A stretch of 64,000 nucleotides of DNA from Octopus sinensis. Taxonomy: Eukaryota. Location: NCBI RefSeq assembly GCF_006345805.1, contig NC_043003.1:27466001-27530000 (forward strand). Reading direction: 5' to 3'. Every line of letters starts with the position of its first letter. Positions within the stretch are counted from its first letter, which is position 1. The translations under genes and the position numbers were made by a program. Under the pieces are notes generated by a model. It had not been told where the DNA came from. It did not search any database and saw only the letters and a list, made by a program, of their open reading frames with translations. Shown here in pieces: positions 48,324-62,304 of the stretch.

Positions 48324-51142
48324 ATATAGATATAAACCAGTGTCGGGTGATTTCAGGAAAATTTGATTGTTACTTCTAGCAAATCGAGCGGTCACATATA
48401 GATTCTTTCAGTGTGTGTGTCCGCCCGTAGCCTGCCACACACTCACATTTATTATAATTACACGAACCTTCATTTAATTTTCGTAGTGTTCCTTCTTTTT
48501 GTCACACATTCTCTCTCCTCCCCACCCTCTCTCTCACACACACAATCTCACACATTCTCTTTGTCTCATACAAAAACTCTCTTCCTCATTCACATATACA
48601 CACGCACACACACACACACATATGCTCACTAGAACACTATTTTCCAGCTGATTTTTCTACTCTGGTTTATCATCGGTTTTGGAAAGTAGTAATAGTAGTC
48701 GTAGTGTTGCCAGCATTTTTATTTACTACTACTACCACTACCACCACCATCACCAGCATCACCACCGTCACCACTTCCACCAACATGACGATGACGACGG
48801 CGTCGTTAGCAGCAACCATTGTGGCTCCTTGGTTGAAAATGTCGTAAAGGTCTTTTTAAGAACCTCTTCTTACCTGCGCGCACACACACACAATCGTGCA
48901 GGCGCACTGATGAAGAGAGATATGCTCTTATACACACACACACACATATTGACTGTTGTACATACATGCTCACAGATGTGCACATGCACACACACCGTTG
49001 TAGAGATACGTACACTAGCTCTCATACGTACACACATATACTGATTTACGTACACACATACACATTCTGACACTCATGAAGACCCATACACGCATAGAGC
49101 TACACTCGTGCAGACGGACACGCTCACTCACATTCATATGATTACACTCGTGCAGACACACACACACATATACGTACACTTATACATATATTTGGGGAGG
49201 GAGAGAGAGACTTGGTTTCTTCATTGAGAAAAACTACAGAAATATACACACCAATACACACACACACACACACATGTACGTACTTAGACACACATTATCT
49301 GTATACACATACATACGCGCCAACTAGGTAGCTTCTATTTGTAGTCCCTCAGCATGCTAGAAATAACAGCAAAATCTTCCTCAAATCATAATTTAAGGAA
49401 GAACTTCACAAAGGAAAGAACATATTGACTAAAGTAGGCCTAGATACACTGTGCCCGAAAGAATAAAATACTCTTGATGTTGTTGTTTAACCCCAGGTCT
49501 GACTTATTTATTCAGCTGATTATAATCAAGGCAGTTCCTGTCATAACCATTCCTTCTTCTTGCAGACCAGTGACTATAATTTTAGCGTTTTTTTTTTCTT
49601 TCCATTTTTTTTTCTATGAGAGTAGATAGGATATCCATGGTTGGAACACATTTAGTTGTAGGTCTGCTCGACCGGGACTGGTTTTGATTTAAACAACAAT
49701 AACCTTGCCAAATATGTAAGGTCTGGGCAAACATGGCTGACGATAGAAGTAGTGGGGGGGAGAGGAATTCGAAAACAAAATGTTACTTTGAATTTGTTTG
49801 TCTCTGTCTGTCAGTTTCCATCAGTCTGTCTCTCTATCTTTCTGTGTCTTTTTGTTTTTCAGTCGCTTTGCGTCTCCCTCTCCTTTGATTTATACCTGTC
49901 TGTCTCTCCAGTTGTCTTGTTTGCCACCCAAAATTTGGGAAATCTTACACGTTGCATTATCCCTCTCTTTTTCTCTCTCCATTTCTTCTTTCTCCTCACT
50001 CACTACTACATACATAGGTATATGTGTGTGTGTTTTTCCAATTTTAATCAGAGATAGAGGGACAGTACCCATAACCTCTACGACTGGTGAGGTTGTTTGT
50101 TTAGCCCCAGGCAGGCTCTGATTGAGCAGACCTTTGATGAAAAGTGTTTTAACCATGATCATTCCATTCTTTATCCATATATATTATATCTATGTTTACA
50201 TTATCTATTAGCATCGTCATCAATTTAATTATTTTAATGTCAGCTTTTTCCATGCTTGCATGGGTCAAGAGGCAGTTTTCTTGACTGAATGCCCTTCTTA
50301 TTGCCAACTTTCACCTGTTGCCAAGCAAGGTATTATTTCCCTGTGGTTGGACATTTTCACAGAATACGTCACTTGTATACACATACACACTGCTTTATGA
50401 TAGTAATAGTCATTTACAACTATCATATAATGTCAAAACAAGGATACACATACACTCACTACAAGTTTCTTTCAGATTCCATCTACCAAATCTACTTATG
50501 AGGCTTTGGTTTGCCTGGGATTGTAGAGAAAGACACTTACCCAAGGGGCCATTCTGTGGGACAAATTTTTTATCATCACCATTTAATGCCCATTTTCCAG
50601 GCTGATATGGATTGAATGGTTCAATAGAAACCAGAGGAATGCACCAAGCCCTAATGTCTTCTTTGGCATGGTTTTTATGACTTTATGCCATTCCCAATGT
50701 CAACCACTTTGCAGAACACACTAGGTGCTTTTTTTATATGGCCCAGCCCTAGAAAATTCACTGAGTAAGACCCTCTCAACTGATGAGGAATGCAATATTG
50801 AGGGAGATGGGTTTATGCTAGGTGAGGAGAGGTTAAAGCATGATATGGGGAACAGGAACAGATGTCATGCTGTAGCTCTTGCACTGTAGTAGTAATAATA
50901 ATAATTTCAGTAGTATACAAATATTCTAATTCCCCCCAAGACAATTCTGTACACAGCTCAGGGACATGGATGCACCTGATGGTGCAGTAGAAACTTAGAT
51001 ACGATGGAAAACATGGATGATACTAATAAGTTTCAAATTTTGGTGTAAGGCCAGCAATTTTGAGGTGAGAGGGGATTTAGTTGATAACATTGTCCCCCAG
51101 TATTTGACTGGTACTTCATTTCATTAACCCCAAAAAGGATGA

Positions 51143-51407
51143 AGTGGAGGCACGTGGCTTAGTGGTTAGGGTGTTAGCTTCATGATCGTAGGATTGTGGT
51201 TTCGATTCCTGGACCGGGTAACACGTTGTGTTCTTGAGCAAAACACTTCATTTCACGTTGTTCCAGTCCACTCAGCTGGCAAAAATGAGTAACGCTGCGA
51301 TGGACTGGCGCCCCGTCCAGCTGGGGAACACATAACGCTATAGAAACTGGGAAACTGGGCCCATGAGCCTGGCTAGGCTTTAAAAGGGCACATTTATTTA
51401 TTATTTT
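51143..51407 (+). mobile_element. tRNA-derived SINE (family S4) with 11-bp TSD, nested in an older minus-strand SINE
   Basis: AAAAAGGATGA at 51132-51142 and 51408-51418; A/B-box-like head; internal CTGCGATGGACTGGCGCCCCGTCCAG. Confidence 0.85.
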
Positions 51408-53599
51408 AAAAAGGATGACAGAAGCAATTGACCTCAGATTTCAATTCAGAATGTAAAGACCCAGAAGAAATGCATCTCTAACATTTTTCTGATGCTTTAA
51501 TGATTCTACCAACTCACTGCCTTAACCCTTTAACTGTGAAATTGAATTTCAGCATTATTCCAGTTAGGATTATTCCAACTATTTACCAAAAAATAGAATT
51601 GGTATTTTCTGCAAGTTATGTTGCCTCAGTAAACTTGACACATCTCAAATGTTTCAAACATGAACTTCTTCAACAACAGATAGATTGGTATATGAAACTG
51701 TATTCTGAACTTGAGGGTAATGATATTCTGAGTAGATATATTTCATTTCAGCAGCAAAAGGTTTATTAATCATCATCATCTAACGTCCGCTTTCCATGCT
51801 AGCATGGGTTGGACTTGACTGAAGGACTGGCGACCCAGATGGTTGCGCTAGGCTCCAATCTGATCTGGCAGAGTTTCAACAGCTGGATGCCCTTCCTAAA
51901 ACCAACCACTCCGAGAGTGTAGTGGGTGCTTTTATATGCCACCGGCATGAGGGCCAGTCTGGCAGTACTGGCAATGGTCACGCTCGAAATGGTGTTTTTT
52001 ATGTGCCACCTGCACAGGAGTCAGTCCAGCGGCACTGGCAACAACCTCGCTCGAATGTTTTGCTCAAGTGCCAGTAAGGCGATGCTGGTAATATTGATAA
52101 TAATAATGACTCATTTGCCATTAGGATGAAGGATGAGGAGGACAATACAAAGACAGACGATAATCATAATGTAACTTATGTGTGTTTGTGCTTTACAGAT
52201 TGAGCAATAGGATATAAGTATGTGCTTATATCTTTGTATATTATAAACATAGTAAAATAGGTACCTGTCTATATGACTGATCTAGCAGTATGTATGTGTT
52301 TTCAAAAATCAATCCTTACAGTCTTATGTATATTTTTAGTTTCTTTTGTTGTTTTTTCCCCTCATTATCTAATTGTGATAATGACTAATTTTTTGGTGGG
52401 GGTTGAGAGGCTTGACTAATATGCTGATGTGTTTTATAAACACATACCTAAACACATGCACACTTACCCTCACATTGTTGTATACCATACACTTAGACAC
52501 TCATTCTTAAGTATCTACTTTGGACAGTTAAGATAAACACACACAAATATATCTATTTTGCACAGTTAATTACAGTAAGCATGCATGCACACATACACAC
52601 AATCTCTGTCTGTCAGTTTCTCTCTCATTAACTTAATTTTATGACCTTTTGCACTGGATGACACTGAAATAAGTAAATAGACCTTATAAAAAGTCTGTTT
52701 ACCATTTGTAGATAGCAGAATTAGTAGATGAAATTTTTTTGTTTATGCAGCTGTGTGAGTAAGAAACTTGTGTCTCAACCATGTGGTTTTGCTTTCAATC
52801 CCCCTATGCAGCACCTTTGGGCAATTGTCTTTTCTACTGTAGCCCTGGGGTAATCAAAACCTTGCAAGTGGATTTGGTAGACAGAAACTGAAAAAAGACT
52901 ATTGTGTGTGTGTATATGTACCACAAAACCTTCAAAAACTAAACATGAATATGTAAGTGTTATCTAAACCTAATTAGATTACCTATGAAGATAACCAGAC
53001 AATACCAATGTAAGTGATCCCAGCAAACTATGCATCCACAAACACTTTCCTGCTTACAAGAATGAAGGACAACTCAGAATAACAAGACAAACATAAGACA
53101 TTCATAATTGTGCATAACAAGTATGTGTTTTCATCATCAACTGCCAAATGAAATCACTATGGTTTTGCCATTTGGGCAGCACCATTCAATCTGGTGGTGT
53201 CAACAGCATTAGAAATATAAATGGGACCTGAGAATCCATAAACTTATTACAACTATTAACATCAAAGTAAACAAATAGTAACTTACAGTTACAAAATAGT
53301 ACTTATAAAACAAAGAATTTTTTCAGACACACATACTGTTGACATTCAGACAATACAATGAACATAGACTACTAGATACTTTTGTTTCCCAATCTACATC
53401 ACATCATAAACATGATATCACACCAAATACTAGCCTAATAAAGACTAGTAGAATAGTATATCTCATAAACAACATTCTTGAACAATGTACAAAGAAAAGA
53501 TCAAGCTTGGATCAATATCTCTGAAACAAGTTCAATACTATAAAATTTATTAATCAAACAAATTGCTTATTAAAAGTAAAATAAAATGCAAAAAGGGAA

Positions 53600-54320
53600 A
53601 TCATCATCATCATCGTTTAATGTCTGTTTTCTATGCTGGCATGGGTTGGACAGTTTGACTGAGGTCTGGAGAGCCAGCAGCTGCACCAGGCTCCAATCTG
53701 TTCTGGCAATGTTTTTATAGCTGGATGCCCTTCATAATGCCTACCACTCCAAGAGTGTAGTGGGTGCTTTTTATGTGTCACTGGCACAGGAGCCAGTCAG
53801 GTGGGCCTGGCATTGATCACGTTCAGATGGCGCTTTTTATGTGCCACCAGCACAAGAGCCAGTCAAGGGGTACTGGCATTGGGCATGATCAGTTGGTGCT
53901 TTTTACGTGCCATTAGTGCGGGAACCAGTCAGGCAGACCTGGCAAGTGCTTTTTATGTGCCAAAAAAATTTGACATTTCTTTATGCAGCTGTTATGAATG
54001 AAGACAACAGTGTAAAGAAGTGCTGATCTCTGACTGTGGAGGGAACCTGTGAAAAGGTGGACCCAGGAAGAAATTGGACAAAGTGGTAAAGCATGATCTT
54101 TGAATAATGGGTCTCATGGAAGCAATGACAAATGATCGAGACCTTTGGCAATTTACGTTTTTGAGAAGACTTGTCAAGCCAAGTGAAACCATAGTTGTGG
54201 CCAGTGCTGGTGACATGTAATCGGCACCTATTACACTCTTGGAGTGGTTGACATTAGGAAGGGCATCCATCCATAGAAGCCAAGTCAAATCAGCTCTCTG
54301 ACTTACCAGTTCCAGTCAAA
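53600..54320. mobile_element. Two RTE 3' fragments in opposite orientation
   Basis: 53600-53960 matches the RTE tail on the minus strand; 53995-54320 matches the RTE ORF end and UTR on the plus strand. Confidence 0.75.
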
Positions 54321-54520
54321 GCAGATGCTAAAAGATGTTGATATATACACATATAGATATCTATAACTAAAACAATTAACTAACCTATATATATATATTA
54401 ATTTGTGAAGGTGTCATTAATTCTATTATTATCCAATGTAAATATTTTTAAAATGATGATAACAGAATCAATGACACAGGTGATAGCAGGCCAAAAATAG
54501 CATTAAATAGCCAAGAGTTT

Positions 54521-54663
54521 AAAATTAATCAAAGGACATAGTATGTCTACCTGCTTGAAATAACAGTCAAACCTCTTATCAAATTGCCAAAAATATTTTT
54601 GACGATTTGATAAGAGGTTTGACTGTTATTTCAAGCAGGTAGACATACTTACTATGCCCTTTG

Positions 54664-54672
<9 letters not shown>
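54521..54672. repeat. Near-perfect loopless palindrome (74/78-bp arms)
   Basis: The left arm 54521-54594 equals the reverse complement of 54595-54672 except for 3 substitutions and one 4-nt indel. Confidence 0.95.
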
Positions 54673-54695
<23 letters not shown>

Positions 54696-56334
54696 GTGTG
54701 TGTGTCTATTTATGTGTAACCTTGTCTTGACATCACCTCACAGTTGTAAACAAGCATACAAGTGATTTTATCTTCTGTGAAAAACATGTTTAGCCATAGA
54801 AAATCTGCTTCAACAAATTCTGCCAGACCTTTGCTATTATGGTAAAGTGGTTGTTAAAATGATGACTGGTTCTATCCCTATATATTCTGAATTCAGATTC
54901 TTCTCAGCCCATTTTTATCTTTCTTTGATAGTCAGGTACAATTATTAACAGTTTACATTAAATATTAGCGTCAATGCTACATTTCTCATGGGCAACAGGG
55001 TTGGGGCTGTGAGGGTTGAAAAGGGAGCAATTTGTTTGCCCACCACCACCTTTTTTTTTATCTTTGACTTATTTCAATTATTGGATTGTGGTCATGCTGG
55101 GTAACTGCTTTGAGAGGGTTAATTGAACAAATCAACTGCATCACTTATGTTTTTAAAGTCTGGTAGTTATTCTGTCATTTTTGTTTTGGTGAACTGCTAA
55201 GTTACAGGAACATAAACAAACCAACAACAGTTGTCAAGCAGTGGTGTGGGGCGCAAGCACAAAGACACATGCTCATAGATATATATAGTTTCTGCCTACC
55301 AAATTCACTCACAAGGCATTGGTCAGCCTAGAGCTATAGGAGATGCAAAGTGAACTTCTTGACCCGTTGCCTTTCCAAAGCATTTTCATGTTTACCCTAA
55401 ACATCCATGCTTGTTTTCAGACTTTTAGTTAGCCCTTATTTCAAGTGTCCTGTTTAATATAAAGCTTTCTTTTCACTGGTCCTAAATTACTCTGTTTGAA
55501 AAGAATTGGGAATATGTATCATATATGATGCAACGGAAGCCAGAGAAATATGTCCTGTGTATCACATGTAATACTCAGGACAAGCAAAAAGTTAACCACA
55601 TAGCCATACCTGCACCTAAAATTTAATAAATTTAGTAAATTAGTATCTTTCCAACACCATAATGAAGTTAGAAGAATTATATAACTGCAAACTCTATTTT
55701 GTTTTATTAATAAAGATGGAGAGGCAAGGGGCAAATGTCACTCTGATATTTTTTGTCAAGGGTAGTGAGGTAGAGAGGGTGTATTTGTCATTTTAAGAAT
55801 CACTGTGTCTGCTATTAATTCCACTCTGTTTTGGACATGTTTCCTTTGAAGTGTGTTCTGGCACATTGTCATAACTGTATTTACCTCTTTTGAGTCCCTC
55901 TTCAGCCTTTCCCATCCACTCCATGAAAAATACAAAGTAACCATGAACCTCTTTCATAAATAGTAAACCTGTTTCTGCTATTGCCATCATACTTCAGCTT
56001 ATCAACTCCTTGCTGGAAGCACCTGTCCTTTCTCTTATCCCCCACCTCATTCAAAGATATTTCCAGTCTTGTAAGTTACAAGGTGACCGCATTAGGGCTG
56101 GTACAATGAAAATAGCACCCAGTACACTCTGTAAGGTGGTTGGCATTAGGAAGGGTATCCACTTGTAGAAATCATGTCAAAATGAAATACTGGAACAAGA
56201 TATAGTCCTCTGACCTGTTGGCAAAGAAAAAAAAAAAGAAAAGGAGGATGCTGATGCCCCCATCATGGCCTCAGTCTTGATTCAGTCACTGAATTTGCAA
56301 TTAGGCATGACTGTGTGGTTAAGAAGGTCATTTC

Positions 56335-57409
56335 AAGCATTTCAGAGTATTGGGTGTCAATCTGAGGACAGTGCAGAGGATTTGAGAGTTGGATGAGTCA
56401 AATGGTGATTATGAAGGTACAGCAGCTCGGAAAACTCACTCTGATTGTTCTGATAAGAAAAGAACCCCTGAATTTGTTGGTGAGATCTAGGCTATGATTG
56501 ACAACGACTCCTCCAAGTCAGTCAGGGACATGGGAGTGTCTGAGTTTCTTATCAGGCAAGTAGTACATAAAGACATTCAGTATTCCTCTTACAAGATGAG
56601 AAAGGGCCAATTTTTATCTCAACCCATCAAAGACAAGAAGAAAGACTGCTTAGAAGCTTTTTAACAAACTCAAGCATCTCTTCCAACCAAACATGTTTTG
56701 GTTTTTCTCAGATGAGAAAAATCTCTGCTAGGATCAGATGGTGACCACACAGAACAACCACTGGCTTGTCATTTCCCCAAAACATGTACCAAGAATGATA
56801 AAAATCAAACATCCAGTCAACATCATGGTGTTCGGAGTGATCACTAATGATGGTGACGTTATGTTTCCATTCATCTTCCCACATGGCCTCACACTCAACA
56901 CGGAGGCCTACATCAAGTGCCTGGAGGAGGTAGTCCTGCCCTAGGTCAAGGGGGTGGTTGCTGGAAGACCCTATGTCTGGCAACAACATTCTGCACCATG
57001 CCACAGAAGCAGGAGAACCCAGCCATGGCTGTCAGACAATTTCTGCGACCACATCACTCCTAACATCTGGCAACCTAACTCCCCAGACTGCAATCCCTTG
57101 ATTATTATGTGGGAGGCACAGTTGCGTGAGAGACCAACAAAATTCCTTGTAACACACCAAAGACAAACTGAAGGCAGGGATTATGGCAGTATTGACCAAC
57201 TTAAAGAGACTGTCGAGAAGAGTTGCAGCAGATTCTGAAGTTGTCTGGAGACCTTGGTTGAGGCCAATGGTGATTTTATTGAATAAATTTACTCTTTAGT
57301 ATTTCAAGATATTTTCATGTAATTTTGATAAATATATCTGTTAAAATGAGATGTCAGTGTTATTTTCACTTTTGCATAATTTAGACGACAGTTTATTCAC
57401 TGCACCCTG
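56335..57409 (+). mobile_element. Degenerate Tc1/mariner-superfamily transposon, DD37D (maT) type; right end retained
   Basis: FSDEK, HPVNIMVFGVIT, QQ(H)SAPCH and WQPNSPDCNPLD with 37 residues between the 2nd and 3rd catalytic positions. The second Asp is mutated to His, with an in-frame stop at ~56942 and frameshifts. Ends ...TTTATTCACTGCACCCTG. Confidence 0.88.
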
Positions 57410-57741
57410 GATAATATATATAAAACTACAGAGAACCTGTTTGTAATTACTTGACTTTCTAGAAATAGCAGGCAAATTTACCTCTAATCACATCCTGCCA
57501 TCTTGACAACTGAAGGACACTTTATGAATAGTCATGGCTTGAACAGTTTTGATCATGTGTTTTTATCAAAGCTTGTTTTGGTTTAATAATAAATTATAGT
57601 TGCAATAGGTACTAGTAATACACTGGTATCATAAGTGCAGCCAATTATATATTTACTCATGGAAAAAAAGAAAGAAAGAAAATGAAACAAACATAGTTAA
57701 AAATAATCATTAAACAATTTTTTAAAATTTTATATTTGCAG

Positions 57742-57784
57742 ATTTTTTGCCAATGAAGTGTGATGCTTGTTCTCAAGTATTTTG
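57742..57784 (+). CDS. ZFAND2B: ZFAND2 coding exon 2 (43 nt; DFLPMKCDACSQVFC)
   Basis: Acceptor TTGCAG| and donor |GTGAGT; continues the AN1 finger in frame (phase 1 to phase 2). Not in the ORF track. Confidence 0.95.
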
Positions 57785-58573
57785 GTGAGTATGAATTAAA
57801 AATTACTCTTTCATTGATGGTTGTCTTGGGGTGACATGACAGCTTAATCCCCTTCCCATTCATGTTTTTTTTGTCCTCTCATTTTCTGCAAGTCATCAAT
57901 ATGTATGTATGTACGTATGCATGTAGGCTGCTGCTGTGAGGATTTCAAGTTAGTTCAGGTTTCGAATTTAGACTGTCGAAGCTGTTGGGTCGCTTCGTTG
58001 TGCTTATTTAGTACGACCATATTGTTGACGTCAGACACGAGATTAGATTTCTGTAGGCAATCTTACAACTTTTTCATCGTCGTCTTCTGCATACACACAC
58101 AAATATGAAATTACTCTTCATTAACCTAAACATTCTTTCATTTTGCGTGATCTCTAAATGTTTAATTGTTCCGTAAACACTATCTATTGTGAGTGGTCTT
58201 TTGACATTGGCAAGATCCCAACGTCATAGAAGTCACACTGCTTTTGCCGATTCTCTCCGCCACTATTACCGCCTTACACAACTTTACTAATGCATTTGCT
58301 GTTGTTTAGCCAGCTTTGATCGAGCAGAAATAGACCTATGTTGAAAGACGCTCCAGGCAGACCCAAGTCGTAAAAAGAATCAAACTCTAACAGGAGCGTG
58401 TCTTTAATATATTTTTCAAAAGAAAACACCTTTCTCATTAGCACACACACACTTACACATATACACGCGCGCGCGTGTAACTTACACAAGCATTCAAACA
58501 GAATTATCTCCCATTAGGTCAACGTCCGGACCAATTCTCAAACGAAGTACTTACTAGTATCGACATGCAGCTT

Positions 58574-58610
<37 letters not shown>

Positions 58611-60291
58611 ATGGCCCTAGTATGGCCGCACTCCAGTAACTAAAACTAGTAAAACAAAATAAATTTGTGTGTAGCTTAATTACATTTTGGTACCCGTCCC
58701 TTGACCTTCTTTCTTCATAGTTTTCTGAAAAATGCATATTTGTTTTAAAATTGTGCAGATAACTTTTTAAGTGTGGCAATCCTTCGTATGATTGTGTTGA
58801 GATACCTTAATGTGTGTGTATATATGTATGTATATATATATATATATATACATACACACACACATACATGCTCTTTTAGATCGTTTTAGTTCCATCGCGC
58901 CACGAATTTTCCACTAAGTTCGTACCTTCAGCATTTTCACTTCACCTTTCTTTTCCAGATTTATATGTTTGGAAATAAGTTAAGACATTACGTAATCTAC
59001 ACTGCCGAAAATGTCATTGAAAAATATATATTTTAAGGAGAGATTTTAAGAGACTTAGGATCTTTTCGGTTTGAACGACAAGAATAAAATGAAATTCCTT
59101 TTTCAAAAATGTTATGTTCTGAGCAAAATCGTAATCTACACTCTCAAAAACGTATCACTACATAATTTGGTGTGTGCGAGTTAACTTGGGATCCGTTGAC
59201 AACACGGACTGATGAGTAACCAATGGAGTACCTCTCGTTGAGTAATTATTACTTCCGAGGTTCTGCTAGCTAGGAAACATATGTAGCCTGGATTTTGCAT
59301 ACTTCATTTCCTCTATTTGGATTTTTTACGCATTCGTAGCAACCCTAGATACTAATTGTGAAATATGAAATAACTTTTTTGCAGTTTATCTAACTACGAT
59401 ATGGGAAAAACCTACAACCTTCTATGCTAATAAACTATTATTGCTCCTGAAAATTGTTTTTTATACTTACTACGGACTGGGACTGCTCGAAGCTAGCTTT
59501 CTACACCTGGACACTTGGATCTTAAAATCACACACACACACGCGCACACAGAGTTGTGTGTGTGATGACCCAATGTGACCTGGTTAATTGCTGGATTAAA
59601 TGAATGTATTTTCTAATGAACCAGTTTCTTTTAATAAACAAGTTTGTTGTCAGTAGTTTGCTTTGAAGGTCGATGTTATCTACAGTTGCTGATTTTTTTT
59701 TTTCCTGTTAAGTCTGTATTTATAGATGGCCTTCAATGGTGATTTGTCCATTTTAACTCATCAAATACTGGCCTGCAAAACTCATTCTAGATTATGAGTA
59801 AGTGAGGAGCTCCATGTGAACACACAACATACTAGAAATAGCAGTCAACTTTCTTTCATCACATTGTCTGAAAAAAGTGATGTTTGCTAAGCATAGTCCT
59901 AGATGCAAATATATCTGCAGGTATGAGGGTATAGGAAGGTATGATCACTGGTACAATGCCTTTGAACTGGATTAAGGCTGACTTGGAGTTAAACAACATC
60001 TCTTTATCATAATAATGAGAATATTTCAGGGTAGATGGAGCTCTCTCTCCCTGAGAAAGCCACTTCATTGTAAAACCTACAGTTTGCTGATCAGTGCAAC
60101 TGTCTTAGCCTACAAATCCACTGTGCTCAGACCTCCAAGTTTAAAGAAAGGGATTGGTTGTGTCGATTGACTTTCACTTTAAAACTAATTGCAGGCATGA
60201 GAAAAAAACCCAAAAAAACTCTGTAGTGTCAAGGATCAGTTACTTTTCCCTGTGATTTTTGACTATGAAAAAAACTATTGAGCTTATTATA

Positions 60292-60642
60292 TGAGGTGGT
60301 ATCAGAGAGTTCCTGGACTAGTTCTGTAGCACATCAACACATTTCAGTACATGGTTGTATCTACAGTGAGTGTTAGCAGTGACCTTCATGAGGCAATGTG
60401 CCAAGTGACATCGTTGTGCTTACTTCTCAAGTTGTGAAATTTGTGTTTTAGTGATCATATTTATGCTGTAGTATGTAGAAGTTGGAACAAAGAGCCAACA
60501 TGAAATTTTGTGTTAAACTTGGGATGTCTGCTACAGAGACATTGAGCATGCTTTGGAAAGCTTACAACAATGAGGCAATGGGTCATACGCAATGTTTTGA
60601 GTGGCACAGGCACTTCAAAAGCGGAAGAATGTTCCTGAAAGA
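60292..60642 (+). mobile_element. Mariner 5' fragment (left end and HTH N-terminus)
   Basis: EQRANMKFCVKLGMSATETLSML..AY..EAM..TQCFEWHRHFKSG is a typical mariner transposase N-terminus; TA|TGAGG start. Confidence 0.8.
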
Positions 60643-61770
60643 TCTGCCAGTTGTTACCTGTTGAGATACTGCATTCTTCAAAAGTGGCAGATCTTTTAGA
60701 AGGATGAAAGCAAAGTTGACCTCAGACAGTAAAGAGCCAAAACAAATACTGATTTCAAATTTTGGTACAAGGCCAGCAATTTTTTTTGGGGGGAGGGGGT
60801 TAAGTTCATTAGATTGACCCTAGTGTTCAACTAGTACTTATTTATCAACCCCAAAAGGATGACAGGCAAAGTCGACCTTGGTGGAGTTTGAACCCAGAGC
60901 ATGATGATGGACGAAATACCACTAAGCATTTTGCCCAGCATGCTAATGATTCTATGAGCTTACTGCCCTAGTCAGAACAAATATTGCAAGGTATTTTCTC
61001 CTAGTTCTAACAATCCTTCCACTCTCTTCTCTAATAGAGAGACAGGGTTTGAAATTTTGTAGGAGTAGGGTTATAGTTAATTAAATTGACTCTCGGTTCT
61101 TAATCATTATTTTATTGGTCATGTAATGATGAATGACAAAGTTGTTCTTGGTGATTGTTTTGTGTTCATATACCACTATCATCATTTAATATCCACTTTT
61201 CTATGCTTGCATGAGTCAGACAGAATTTGCTGAGGCAGATTTTCTATTGTCAGATACTCTTCCTGTCATCAAGTGTTACCAAGGCAACATTTCCTCATGG
61301 AAGACTGGAAACACATCACTTGTATGGCATTAATGCTCGTTTACAATCATTACATGATGTCAGGACAAGTGTTTAAACACTCCTGATGGGCTTCATAATG
61401 TTTCCATCACCTAAAATGCACTTACAAGGTTTTGGTCAGTTATGGGCTCTAATGGAAGACACTTGCCCAAGGTCCCACGCAGTGGCACTGAAACCAAGAT
61501 TATGATTGGAAAGCAAGCTTGTTAACCTCAGAGCCATGCCTATACCATACAGCAATCATAAATAACAATGATAATAATTGTTTCTAACTGTTGTAAGGTC
61601 TGAAAATTTTGGAGAAGTGGTAGGTTAGTCAATTAAATTGCCTACAATGCTTAAATGGTATTTTATTTTATCTACGCACAGAGGGCTGAAATGCAAAGTT
61701 GACTGCAACGATAATAAACTGTCATTTTACATAGTTAAATATCTGATATTCTTTCTGTTCTCTTTTCTAG

Positions 61771-61822
61771 CCGTGATCATATTCAGTATGCAACACACAA
61801 ATGTCCAGAATCATACAAAAAG
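61771..61822 (+). CDS. ZFAND2B: ZFAND2 coding exon 3 (52 nt; RDHIQYATHKCPESYKK)
   Basis: Acceptor TTTTCTAG| and donor AAG|GTAACT; completes the Cys codon (TG+C) and supplies the H..H.C ligands of AN1 finger 1. Confidence 0.95.
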
Positions 61823-61916
61823 GTAACTAATTCAAAATATTTTTGTGTGATTATTGTTATTGTTGTTGTTAGTGGTGGTGGTGGTGGTAGTAGTGAGTAT
61901 ATGTATTTATTTCATA

Positions 61917-62304
61917 TTAGCAGTATAGCCTGGCATTGCTCGGGTTTGTTTTCCTTTCGACCCTTTAGAGTTGGAATGTTTGAAAAGTAAAAATTTTGCA
62001 TTATGTAGCTTGTTATTCTCTTTAAGTGAACATTTTTCTGGTTGAAATACACCGAAAAATGGTGACACAGCAGTAAAAAATCGTAAAAAATAGGGATTTT
62101 CATAGAAAAAAAGCACCTTTTTGATGTAAATAATTTTTGGTCTTAACATGGTCCAATTCGAATTTTTCTTCTACGGAAGGAAAAGCAAACCTATCATACT
62201 CTCGATTTTGGTCAACTTGTGTCGCAGGGTCTCGAAGGAGATAGTGTTAGTTGAAGGCTACCAAACCTGCTACACACAGACAATTTCAGCTTTATATATA
62301 AAGA
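61917..62304 (-). mobile_element. Complete non-autonomous Helitron (family H1), antisense in ZFAND2 intron 3
   Basis: Homologous to 6537-6922; A|TC...CCCGAGCAATGCCAGG...CTAA|T; its 3' end is 94 bp from the exon 3 donor. Confidence 0.85.

Noticed and set aside
48679-49044. Poly-His/poly-Asp ORF (121 aa)
   Set aside because: Derived from CAC/CAT/GAC trinucleotide and CA repeats; no splice or homology support.
55756-56040. Minus-strand ORFs that might be a nested exon
   Set aside because: Combining frames gives EL.KLKYD..AIAET..EV.GY..FWSG, more like a decayed LINE endonuclease start than a host exon; too degraded to list as a feature.
59211-59280. CTGATGAG followed ~50 nt later by GAAAC
   Set aside because: No stem II pairing links the two core segments; not a plausible hammerhead.
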